DNA of 64,000 nucleotides from Amphiscolops sp. MND2022 (lineage: Eukaryota), in NCBI GenBank assembly GCA_964187785.1, contig OZ076409.1, positions 85,500,001 to 85,564,000 of the forward strand, written 5' to 3'. A program made the position numbers and the translations under genes. Positions 24,740-37,900 of this stretch are shown here, piece after piece. A model generated the notes under the pieces. The model saw only the letters and a program-made list of their open reading frames with translations. It did no database searches and had not been told where the DNA came from. Position 1 is the stretch's first letter; each line of letters opens with the position of its first letter.

Positions 24740-25382
24740 GTCTGAATGATCTAAAAGTTTTCGTGCAACAACAGAAAAACCAATAATGGTTCAATTTTGG
24801 CCACCCCAAAACATGCCGAATACTCTAATGGATATCGGAATGTGAAGGATTTTCTTGTCAATCTGGATCTTACTCTTGATGAAAAAGCTGATGTGCTAAA
24901 AAAACAACTTGTCTTCAAAACCAGAATTACAGATAACTTCTTTCTCAGAAAATCTGTTCAACGTGTTCTGATGAAAATGTATCTGATATGATGTAAAATT
25001 ATCGAAGATGTTTAATTGCAACCAACATGGAAGACCTCAATAGTTTTAGTAAATTTTCTCTATTTCTGGTTTTGAAGGCTAGTTGGTTTTTTTTAGCTTA
25101 TCAGCTTTTTCAATCAAGAGTAAAATCCAGATTGACAAGAAAATCCTTCACATGCCGATATCCATGTGTCTTATGGTGTAGTGATTAGAGCATTCGGCAT
25201 GTACTGGGGTGGCCAAAATTGAACCAATAATGGTTTTTCTAATAATGTCTTAATTTCTCACGTTATTTCTAGCACGCAAGATGCTGTTGTCCAAGTAAAT
25301 TGAATATTGTTTTTCTCTGTCTGGATTTTGATACCCTCAGAAAGTTCCAAAAGCTGCGCGAAAACTTTTAGTTCATTCAGAC
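24740..25382. repeat. Foldback / long inverted-repeat element between the convergent genes
   Basis: 24780-24927 is an inverted copy of ~25063-25238 (e.g. TGTGAAGGATTTTCTTGTCAATCTGGA / TCCAGATTGACAAGAAAATCCTTCACA); outer arms GTCTGAATGATCTAAAAGTTTTCG / CGAAAACTTTTAGTTCATTCAGAC. Confidence 0.8.
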
Positions 25383-25978
25383 AATGGGATTTCCAAAGTA
25401 ATACTGAATGGTATTTCAAATTTCACTTTGTTTTGGTTTAATCAATTGAACGTTCAAATACCGAACCTAACTGGTTTCCCACATCAACCCCCTCAACGTG
25501 AAAACACCTTTCATCTTGAAAAATTCTTGCACCAAGAAAATAATTAACATGGTTCCGAAAATTTTAAAATCAAGATAATTGGTTTGACACTTCGACTAAT
25601 TTTAAGATTTTGATCTCTGAAACAGCCAACGCATGGAACAAGTCAAAATCGTAAAGGAAGACCCCTATTTGAACGCAAATTTTCTCCGCGTTGAAATAAA
25701 ATGAGCAACTTTCACCTATGAATCAAGGTGTAAGATAGGATTATGTTGACATCAATTAATGGGCCAAAAACCAATCGCAAATGATGCCAAAAATGGTATT
25801 GGAACCTTATTATTTGAATTCTTATTACAAGAATCGCGAGAATCAAAAACAGTTACAAACAAAGACTTGTATTGTTATACTAAATTATTAAAAATAGAAA
25901 ATCACTTCCTTCAGCTAAAAGTCCTTGTTAGTCATTGTTTGAGCTCTAATGAGATTGAACAACCCAATCATATCCTGT

Positions 25979-28900
25979 TTAGTCCTCCCAGTCATAGAGT
26001 GAGTCTTCCAACTTCACGTCAGTTTTGTATTTTACCAACAGCGGCTTCGGTTCTCCTTCATCAGATGGCGGCAATGGTTTGAACACGAGTGCATGCAAGT
26101 ATCCATCTTCGGTTTCAATCTGAAAAATACAGCATAAGTAATAGTAATGAACCAAAACAGAAATAGGCATAGTAAGTTTTGGTAATATAGCTGGAAGCTG
26201 GTTCACTTAAGTCAATATCTTAAGAGTTTCAAATAGGCTTCATTCCAAAGTAGCGATTTGAAAATATTCAAGACTCACAGACTTCTCACAGACGTCAAAA
26301 TCCCTGACTTTGCACAGACGTAATCTTCCAATGCTACATCCAATCGATATTTTTTTGACAGATTTCAAACAAAACTGAATCCATCTTAATAAAACCAATT
26401 CCGAAAATGACTGAAAAATTCAGGTGAAAGGATTAGTCACACGATTTATAAAAATAGGTCACATGCTACTTTTTGCAATTTTCCGCCTTCGTTGCAGCAA
26501 CTGCAACTTTTGAACCATCAGTTTTTTGGTTGCCAAAATTTTGGCAATATCATATAGTTGATTTAATCTTGAAATTGAGCCTATCAATTTCATTTTTTTT
26601 GTTCCTATCAATGATTAGTGAGCGTTGCTAGATAGAACTAACCTTGATTCTGTAATTAGTTCCTGCCACAACCTGAGTAATGTAAGAATGAGCTTTGAAA
26701 GTGTCAAATTCTTTGCCTTCTTTTTCTTCCAATTCATTTTGAATGGATCCCAGAATTTCGGCCACTTCTTCATCAGCATCCATTACTTCTCCGTAAGCTC
26801 CAACCATACCGGAACTCCTGAAAACCATGCTCAAAATCATGTCCAAAACCATAAACAAATCTGACTCAGGGAGAAAAAGACGCAGCTGCAAAAAACAAAT
26901 ACATGCTACAAAAAGTAACAGTTTTGGTACAGAAACAAAAGTTTCAAGTTGTTTTGCTAAAAAAACCCAAAAAGGTGTTTTTCAAATATTTTTTCATTTC
27001 GTCTCCAATCAGCCCATGTCACTACTGTTTCATTTCTAATTCGAATACTAACGGCAGAGTATCAAAATGTATTGGCATCAAAACATCTTCTAGTGTTTTC
27101 TCCGGCTCGTAAGTTATCAGCTGTGTCGGCTCTTGAACATGTGGAAGTGGTCGGAAAACATGGACATGCAAGTAATCATCGTCAGTTTGAACCTGGTAAA
27201 AATACGTTTCGATGGTATAAACTGCACACAAAAAATGGCCAAGTGAACCTAAAAGACCAAATTCTCAACGAAAACAAAATACCCGAACTAGAAAAACCAA
27301 CCTGCCAAAATTCGGTGTAAAAATATTCGCGCTAGGTAATGTTGAATCTCGGCCCAATATAGAAATGCCTTTACAGTTTCAACTCGTATTGTGCGTATTG
27401 AACTGTTACGTCATTTCAATTTGCAAATGACTTGAATTGGCATTTTGACCGCCTGTGACAATTGTTTCCAAAAAATCGTTTCCAAATAAAGGTATTAAAT
27501 TTTGGCCAACGTTGTTTTGACAAGAACCTGCATTAAATTTGGAAAAAAAATGACACCTTTCTTCGGGAATTTTGGAGCTTTTTTAAAGGAACTTTTGAAA
27601 AATTTCAGATAACATCGCAAATATATAAGCTACGAAATTTATTTATTCGTTAAATACTGTAGAAGAACTAAATTTTCATATAAAGTTGGATCATACCATG
27701 GGAAAATCAGAAAAAAATGGGCCGATTTTTTAATTCTATTTTTTCATGCATAAAACATGGGCGGAAAAGATCAAATAACGTTCATCGCGGAATTTACCTT
27801 GATAACGAAATTCGTTCCAGAAACCGTTTGAGAAATGAAAGTGCGAGCTTCGAAAACTGTGAATGTTTTTCCCTCTTGTTCCTCCACCTCATCCTGAATC
27901 AGTTCTAAGACGTCGCGAACTTCCTGGGTAGCTGGCCTAGGTTCACTGTAGCCACCGAGCATCATTCTGAAACAAACATCTAGTTTCGGACAACTTTCCT
28001 TAATCGAATTCAACGAGTGTTACTTGGATATTTCATTCCTTTGAACGTTTTTTGTTTCCGTTCAGAGACGTACCTTATGTCTTTTCTTTGCTTACCTTCA
28101 TTAAGAAAATCCTAGCTGAATTTGGTTCATTTCCAAAATTCCGTATGATGACAAAAAATTTTCAGCGAATATCTACCAGAGGCTCGGAAAGTTCATCTCA
28201 TGTTCAGCGGAAGTATTGTTAAGGAAGAACTAAATTAAAATTTCCGCCAATCTTATGACACCCTCGTAAGTGCCATTGTAGGCATCAAAATAGCAAAATA
28301 GGAATGTTCCAAATGCAGTACTGTTTTAAACTACTAATAAGTGTATGTGAAAACATTTTCAATTGAAGCCTGTATGAAAAACACTGATAAAAGCAGTAAC
28401 CTAAAGATAGTTTGAACTTTCTTCACCATTTGCACACTTTCGGCAAAAAGTACTTAAGTACTATGTTTCTTCAAGCCAAGTTTCGTAACGATACTGCCAA
28501 TCTTTCAATTTAACAATCCGCAAATACATAATTTCAACCACCGTGACTATTTTCACTGAAGAATTGCAAACAAAATCACGATGTTTGACATACTATACGA
28601 ATTCATCTATGATTGATTTTTTCAAAGTACAAATCTCCTAAAAAGTACGTATGATTGTAACAAAAGACCTCTCTGGGCCATGAAGTGGCCTGGGATAAAG
28701 TGTTTAATCCGTTTTTGAACTTAAAGTTTTTGTATTCAAAGTGCGCCTTTTGTTGATACCCAAGGTCAAAAAGTCGTAATGGCGGGTTCAATTTTCAGTC
28801 TATGCACTTGGAAGCCATTATTTTGAACGTTCTTGTGTCAAGTTTTACTACGGAGAACATCAGTCATACAATAGTGATGGAAAACATGAAAATCATAAAA

Positions 28901-31900
28901 TATTTCATGGTTTTGAACTATCTTTTCCAGAGATGAAAGCTTTGTATTTAGCGCATGTCTGGCCTACTCTAAATTTCCAATTTCGCTCGACAGTTGAGCG
29001 CAAGTGTCCGCTGCTTATGTTGAAAGTGAAGCATTGTGTCATTTTTCTATTTGTTCTCAAAAATATGGAAATGGTATGCACTATGACGTTGTTACATGTT
29101 ATGTGTTACATATAAATTGCAATTTATACATTCCATGACGAAATGCAACGCAGCAGTTTTTCTAAGCAGAGGAATTGCGTATTCCGATTCTTTGTAAGCA
29201 CTGCTGCACATGCACTGTACCTAGTAGTTACGTAACTGTTTATATGCAGCTACATCATGTAATGCGTGAAAAAATTTAGCGTTTCTCAGAAAACTCACGC
29301 ACGCGAAATTTTTTATCTTAAGTAATTACGAATGCAACAAATATTCCAAAATTTCGACTTAGTAACAGGGAGGCAGAAATTTCGTCAGAAATTTCATTTG
29401 AGTAAATCCAGAAATTCCGCCGCCAGACATTTCGTTATTTTAATCGTTATTTTAATAAAGATGACAAAGTTAGAATCTTCTAAAAACACAAAACTGCTCC
29501 GATCGAACGTTTATGATGATCATTTCTCGATGTAATTCTCCATATACATTGTTGGTAGTTTTACATTACTTTTTCCATAAGACAGCTTACAATTCGGATA
29601 ATTGAAGTCTGCGTCTGAAATCACCAATAATTGGTGCTGAATGAAAAATCAGGAATCATCCAGGTTAGTTGTCAACAGGGGTTAGCAATCAATTAAATAG
29701 AGATTCCGTTAACGGCAATCAATTAACGGAATTAGTTACGTAAGATTTAACGCTGCCCTAGTTGAAACTGCAAGAACTTTTTACATGCACCAGGCACGCA
29801 TGCAGGGTAATTTTTTTTATAAAACCTAGAAAATTCAGCGAGTTTCGGATGGTAAATCATGTACAATTACACTGCATTTTCCACTACTGCGATTAAATTT
29901 GAAAATAAATTCCACTGCATTACCGGCACGATCACTTTACACTTTGTATTCACACTTTGTTTTCTCAACTACTCATCTCATGTGATCACCGCTTCTCAAA
30001 TAGCACGCTGAACATGACGCTAGTTTGCAGTTTAGTACTCGACTGAAGTTAAGTTTGCATTAAATTAGCGGTAAAACTGATATCAACTTATTTGTTTTCA
30101 AAATTATAACTGCTACTTAATGAAACCTGCAAAACTTCAAGGCTTAAAATTGCCGCTAAAATCTTGATGAATCTTTCAAAACAGAAAAATTTAACATGAA
30201 AGTTTCCGTAAAAGTTTTAGAAAATCATAAAAGTTGTTGGCAACATTAAAGTACATTCAAAAAGTTCGAGCAGTCTCAACAAGGGTACCACTAACGGTAA
30301 CATTTGTTAGACGAGTATTTTACAATGCTAAAACGATGCTGACAAACAACGAATTTGTAATGTAATATTACACAGAAATCCAACCCGGAAAATAATGTAA
30401 AAATGCAACAAAAAAATTACCGTTATCGTTTCAACTTGATGTGCCATGTGTTTTTGTGTTTAAAAATTGTTTCAATTAATTGCAATTAACGTAATTGTTT
30501 TGTTCACAGCTAATTGATTGTTAATTAATTTTTTGCTCCATAAAAATTGCGTTAATTGATTGCTTTGCCCTGGTTGTCAATTCACAGATTATCTACGCAA
30601 ATTCACAATTTAACCATACGTTTTATGAGTAATTTTATAGCTATATAATAAACGACAATGTTCTTTCAAATTTTGTCACATTAAATGAATCTTGTACGCT
30701 CTTGAATCTTTCAAGAATCCTGTCAAGATTCTTTCGAAGAGCAACAAGAATATGTACAATCTTGCAAGACTTCGCCAAGAGTTAAGGAAAAACACTGCAA
30801 AAAGGGCAAAAATTGACTGATAATGCCTTGGGCAACCACAACTTGTCCGAAATTACTTCGGAAATTTAACAGGGGTTCCTCCGGACAATAACTCCTCCAG
30901 TTTTATTGAGTAGCATGCCATTAAGAATAGCGGAGAATTAGCATAATTATGCTAATTGTAAGCCTTTCTCAATGGCATGCTGCTCAACGTAGTTAACCAA
31001 CGCAAATACTTCAAACTAGTGTTTTCCTGAACTAAAGTACCTTTGCAAATAATATCACAAAATTTAATTCCTAACGTTTGATCACAATTTTCCCGTCGTT
31101 GATAAAATATGAAACCTCATTTCCCCGTATGTTTCACTTTTCGTCATCAATTACCAGAAAAATTCCCCAGAGACAAAAATTACGTTGTTTCGAAAGGAAC
31201 ATTTTACAAAAGTTCAAAGCATCGCCCGTTGTCTGCTTCTGGAGCTAAAATAAGTCACATCTAAACGCTTCTCTAATTGAGAACAAACTGCCTAAAAAAC
31301 TTTCTATTCGATAAAGAGCTCAACTGAAGTACAAATAATTACTAACGGTGGCGGAGGTGGCACCAAAATCTCCTCCTCTGTTTTCCCCGTTTCATAGGAT
31401 ATCAGCTGTGTCGGCTCTTGAACATGTGGAAGTGGTCGGAAAACATGGGCATGCAAGTAACCATCGTCAGTTTGAACCTGGAAAATATAAATTTCAATTT
31501 TATAAACTGCCACTCACAAAAAAGCGAACCTAAAAGACCAAGTAAATTTCAGGCAAAATAGAACACCTAAAGGTCGATTGTTAACAAAGTTTTGCGTTTG
31601 CGGATCTCTGTGGAAATAACATACACCACTTCGCAACATTCTCTTGAAAACTTTAACGGCTGGACAATAACTGGAATCCAATTTTGATCCAGTTACTGGA
31701 TTGATTTTGATCCAAACATTTACACATCATCGATGTCAATCTGTGCGGTGATACCTTGATAACAAAATTAGTTCCGGCAACCACTTGAGAGATGAAACTA
31801 AGAGCTTTGAAAGTTGTAAACTTCTTCCCCTCTCGTTGCTCCAAGTCGTCCTGAATCAGTTCCAAAGCGTCATGCACTTCTTGTGTAGCTGGCTGAGGTT

Positions 31901-34900
31901 CACTATAACCACCGAGCATCATCCTGGAACAAACAAAATTCCCATACCAAGCCAATTTCATTTCATTTTTGCTGAAATTTTCGTTTTCTGAATGGTAAGT
32001 TTTTGATCTGGATCTTTTTATTAACTTTTGAAGTTTAAAAATTTCGAAGGTTTGTGCACTGGGGTCCTGGCTTCGTCCATTTCTGACTGTCAATGTTTTT
32101 AGCCGGCGCGTTTCATGGTTAAAAGTGCCCGACTATAACAGTGAATAGTTTGTTTTTCAGTTCACTCTGAATGGTCCACTTTTTTGTTCATTTGTTCAAA
32201 CGTTTTCAAAGTTCGGATATAAAGTTAAAGTTTTGCATGTAACGTTTCCAAAGTTCCGATATAACGTTTTCAAAGTTCGGATATAACGTTTTCAAAGTTC
32301 GGATATAACGTTTTCAAAGTTCGGATATAACATTTTGACACCTTGAATTCCTTTTGCTATTTTTGAGCCTTAGATATGGCGCCGACTTGGGCTCTTCCCG
32401 GCTTGTTAGTCATTTCATCCTGTTTCCACAACAGTCGCAAAAAGTTGCATACAGTTTTCTGCGGTTCGCAACAGATATCACACTGAGCTACGTATCCCAT
32501 TGATGAATTGTTTTGTCAACTTCATTGGATAATAAATCGGTTGAGAATTTTTTTCTGAAATTCTGGTTTTTATTATAGGGTTCGACAAAGTTTTTGAATT
32601 TTTTTCAAGTGCAAATAATCACAGTGCCGTTGCACGTTTTGTTTATATTTCACATCTTCGTCAATCATTGAGACTATTTGGTCATAATCTGATTGGTTGC
32701 CAATGTCATATGAGGTTAAATTAATTATGCTTCTGATGCATAAAAACTAACGGAGGCTGCTCCGGGTTTCCAAGAGGCAGCAAAAGATCTTCCAACGTTT
32801 TTCCATTTTCACATGCTTTCAGCTCCAATTCGTCACTCACGTGAGGAAGTGGTCGGAAGACATGCACGTGCAAATAATCGTCCTCAGTTCGGACCTGGAA
32901 CAAGTCTGTTGTTGATTGTTTGTTTATATAGAAAATTTACACTTGAGGCCTCTTTTCTGTTCCCCTCCCCCCCCCGCCACCTAAATTTTCAAGTTTTTTA
33001 AACTGGCCTTAATCAAACGTAAATTTTTTCCATGTCAGGTGTTTTCTTCTTTGAATAGTCTTACGTTTGAACGAAACATTTCAAAGATTTTGACTGTTAT
33101 GTTCGAATTAACTTTTTGTGATTCAAAAAAGGAAACTGTTGATTTCCTAATCAAGAATACGTACCTTCGTAAAGAAAATTGTGTGAACAAAGTTTATATC
33201 TGGATCCTAAACTGTCACCAAAAATATCAATTGCAAATTGAAGGTTCTGGTTTGGTTTTTTACTCGTTTTGTCCTAAAACATTCAAAAGTCTCCAAAAAA
33301 TTTCGCGGTGGGGGAACAGAAAAAAAACAATTAATTTCATATTCCCCTTTGCAAGTCCTTGGTTTCAAAAACTACATCTGCTGGTCCATCGAAAGTCAAA
33401 CCTGTTAGTTTTCTGGAAATTGGAGCGTGTTTCTCTCACAAGGCGTGTCTGATAATTGAAAAGAGGTACACCCCATAATAGATAGGTCATTGGAGTTTAC
33501 TAGTAATTTCTGTCCAAACCGATAATATTCACCTTAATGATGAAATTCGTCCCGGCCACAGTTTGTCTGGCATATTTAACAGCTTCGAACGTTTCAAACT
33601 GTTTGCCCTGTTGCTCTTCCACCTGATCTCGAATCTTTTTCAAGACGTCTTGAATTTCATCGTCAACTTCTCGGGGTTCACTGAAACCACCTGGCCGTGT
33701 TGTTGACATCGTTCTACAAAAAAAATCAAATCAGACAAATGCAGCAGCCATCCTTATCTGCCCACCTAAACCACCCTATACGCATGATCGAAGCAAAGTG
33801 CCCCGAAAGAAAAAAGGCCGAGTCGTACAATTACTTATCTTATAACTTTCAAAGTAATATTATGGAATTGGGCCTACCATATATGTTCGTATATTGTCTA
33901 TTTAGTCATTTTGGATTATTTGGAATAGGAAAATATTTCTTTGGTTACGTTTTTGGAACAATGAGGCACAAAACTGTCGTAAAGCTCACAAATTGTCTCC
34001 GTCGGCGCTGAATTTGATAATCCGAAGGATTTTTTTATCCGTTGGACCTAACAACTTCGTCTGTTTCTCATTAGTTATTCATTTTATGAAACTTTCCCTG
34101 CGTTGTATACCTTGTTAAAATTTTTAGTTGGTCTACGTAGAAATTAGACCAATTAGTTTAGTGGCTGGCATTCCATATATATTTTCAGTTCATTTTTTTT
34201 CAATCCACACGAATTGACCAGACTGACTGGTTTTTACAAATAAGTTGAGAAAAACGTTCCCCTTTCTTTTTTCAAAGTCTGCGACCAAGTGTGCCTTTTT
34301 AGTAACTTCATTTTTTAGATATTTTGAGATTGCACCAATTTAAGAATGCAATTTACTTTTGTAGTCACTTTGATGATTACTGTGTGGTATTTTCCCGAAA
34401 TTAATTTGAGACGGAAGGGTATCAAATCATCTGGCAAATCATGAAAAGCAGAAATATCCAAGATTACCTGGGGCATTTGCATGGCATTGGTGGAACAAGG
34501 TCTTCTTCCAGTGTTTTTCCAGTCTCCACTTTCTTCACAACAGTTGCCATTTTAGTCAAAGGTGGTGGTTTATAGATGGTCACATGAAGATAGCCATTGT
34601 CAGTTTCAACCTGAAAAGAAACAAGACGCCCGCTGAGCAGCGGGATATTTTCCGCTCCAAACTGTTCTACAACTACATAAGTTTGAGGCTCAAGAATAAG
34701 CCAATGCACTATAAAAACGCCAATAAGTTCGAAGAAAAGAAAACTTTGATTCATCGTACCCCATTTTAAAGGAAACCCCTAATTTTTTTTCAGAGAGCTG
34801 GTCACTTTTCGTTTTTTTGGCACTATGCGACTTACCGAGAAAAAAAAAGTTTTCAATAACTTTTTTGAAAATAATTTTTAAAAATTTTCAAAATTTTTAG

Positions 34901-37900
34901 TTTTTGAGGTTTTCTGTAAAGGAAACAAGTTTCCTGAGTCTTGAGGGTGACCTCTTTGTTACTTTTGATCATGTGCAACTGATGAGATTTCTTTTTGATT
35001 GTGGGAAATAGCTCATTTAAGTGTTTTTCGACTTTGTACTTTCATTTAGTCAAAGTGTACCCCTTGCTTTCATAGCACAATTCGGCTTGAGAAAAGCAGT
35101 TTCGCGAGCTGAAACTCGTTTCGCCATAAATGGTCAAAGAGAAAATAGTAAAAGCTTGAAATTAGGTCTGTTTCAAATTTATGAAAGTTGAACAATCCCG
35201 GTTTGTTATATTATTGTACATTGTTTCACCAGAAGTGTCAAAAATTGCAAATAGTTTTGACAAGTTTAGGGTCAATTTGAGGATTTTTTCGAACATGAAT
35301 CTACAGATGTCTCTTCAAAAATAAGCCTACTGGTTACCGAGTTTAGCTGTTGTTGAATGGTTACACCATTCTAAACCACGAGTAGCTCGAAACATCTTTC
35401 TTAGGAAGGTGTACTCCATTTCTAGTGAATTTGCTTGGAGGTTTTTAAATGACAAATATTGGACAAATGAGGTTGAAATTTACGTTTTCAAGTAAAGTAT
35501 TTGAACGTTGTGCGAATAAACTTGTCTGATATCTTTAGGGAACACTACCGGTAACTAGACGTTTCAATACTGAGCCTATGATATTTCTCATTGAAGTAAA
35601 TTTTAGGAAAGTGTCGAAAATTGGGACTATGTTGTCGAAAATAAAGAAAGTTTGGAAACTTTGACATCTTTGCTGTAAACTCGATGAACTTCATGCCTCT
35701 TTTTCCCACAATTGCGTTTTGAATACCTTTTTGTTTAAACGCTGAGGTCATTGGAATTTCTCTTCTTAAAAACTTTCGTGGCTTGAACAAAAAATGGGAT
35801 TAGTTTGTCAAACAACGTGCTTCTTTGTTGTTTCATGGATTTTTGGGTGTTTTTAAGACCAATTCTAACAAAACATGCAGTTATCTCTTGAAAATTGCCA
35901 ACTGGAGATATCCGGATGAGTTAGTGTTGAGTGTTTAAAACCATTTTATGCAAGGAAGTAGTTCAAAAAATCAACAAAAAACTGCCTGAAAATGTTGAAA
36001 AACTTGAAAATTTTCAGTTTTTCCAATAATTGTGTCATTTTGAGGAAACTTCCGACCATAAATTAGGCATTCTTTAAAACCGTGTTCCGGACCTAGTTTT
36101 ATCAACGCGAGCGTTTTGAACATTTTAGATTACCAAAATTTTTCAATCTCAAAAAAACTTCACTGAAAATGTGAGAAATCGACAAAATTTTTCAAGCTTT
36201 CGACTTTTTACGGTCACTTCTCAGCCATTTTCCAACCGAAATCTGCAAATATTCCCCTGAAAGCCTAATTGAATAAGAGTTCAGTCTTTGTTGAACGTTT
36301 GCTGACATTCTGACACCAAAATGATTCAAAAAGTACACAAGTTGCACAAAAACGAAGTGAATTTTTCGACTCCTTTGGAGTCATTCTGAAATGTTGGTGA
36401 AGCAAAACACTGTAATGTTCTCTTCAAGAAAACATTGCATAGCTCGTTTTCTTGTTGTTGAGTGGATTGCGGAACTTAGAACAAAATCTTTCGAGAAATC
36501 TACAGAAATTGCATCAAAAACGACAAAAACTTCGAAATTTTGACATCTCAGGTCAATTTGAGGCCCTTTTCTTTTACGAATTGAACTAATCTCGTAACGA
36601 AAGCTCACCGAAACAACAAGTTTGCCCACGCCTTAAGCGTTTAAACATTCTGGTCCAAGGAGTCTATCGATATTTTGACAAAAAGTGAAGAAAAAAAAGG
36701 AATTTGATAATTTTTCGAGACTTTGTCTTTTTCGATGTCGATTCCGGACAATTTCCTATAGAAAAACTGCATTTATCTCTTTTCTAAGCGTATTGAACAA
36801 CACTTATTTTCCTTGTTGACCCTTTTCAATGTTCCAATTGACGAAGACTGTCAAAAATTTGGAAAAAATGCATGAAATCTTTGAAAATTGGAAACTTTTG
36901 GGATTTTTGTCATTTACGGTGTCAATTTGAGACAGGTTCAATCAGAACATTGCAATTATCTCTTCATTAAAGATTAAAGACTACGGGACGTACCAATTTT
37001 TTCATTGTTGACCCTTTGAAACATCCCAATCCACGAAGTCTGTGAAACTTTAACAAAAAATGCATAAAACTTTACTTTGAAAATTGGAAAATTTTGTGTT
37101 TGTCAATTTCGGTGTCAATTTGAGACATTTTTATTTAGAAAAATGCAATAAACTCTTAAAAATGGTTACTGGACAACCAACGTTTTCCTTGTTGACCCCT
37201 TAAAACATTCCAACCCACGAAGTCTCCAAAATTTGACGAAAAATGCGTAGAAACTTTGAAAAATGGAAAATTTAGGGACTTTTGTCATTTTCGGTGTCAA
37301 GTTGAGACTTTTTTCAAATAAAAAACAGCCATTATCTCTTCTGAAACGCCTACTGGACAACAAACTTGTACCATGTTGATCGTTTCCAACATTCTAGTCC
37401 ACAAATTCTATCGAAAATTTGACAAAAATTGCTTAAAAACGTTAAAAATCTGGAAATTTTTGGTTTTCTTTGTCATCTTCGGGTCTTTTTCTTTTCAAAA
37501 AACCGCATTTATCTCTTCATAAACGACTACTGGACAACGAGTTCTTGTCTTTGTGAATTTTTTCATCATTCTAATCCACGACATTTATCGGAAACTTGAC
37601 AAAAATTGCATTAAAGCGTAAAAAAATGCAAATTTCGCTTTTTGGGGTCATTTTTGAAATTTTTTTTGGGGTCATTCTGGGGTCCTTGGGGTCAACTAAA
37701 AAAGTCCGGAAATCTCCACAAATACAAATCGCACGAAGCTAAATTTATGTGAGCTGAATTCTATGGATGAAACGCTTTAGCTTTGATATAAATAAATTCT
37801 TGGCAAATTTTGTAAAAAAAAACCCGTTCGATTTAAATATTTTCCTTTCCCATATGAAATATGGGCGGAAAATAAAAAATGGCGAGGATTATCCAAAAAT

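Noticed and set aside
32195..32335. Regular 22-bp repeats resembling a CRISPR array
   Set aside because: Units are directly adjacent with no unique spacers, lie inside a Helentron-like element, and there are no cas genes; the context is eukaryotic.
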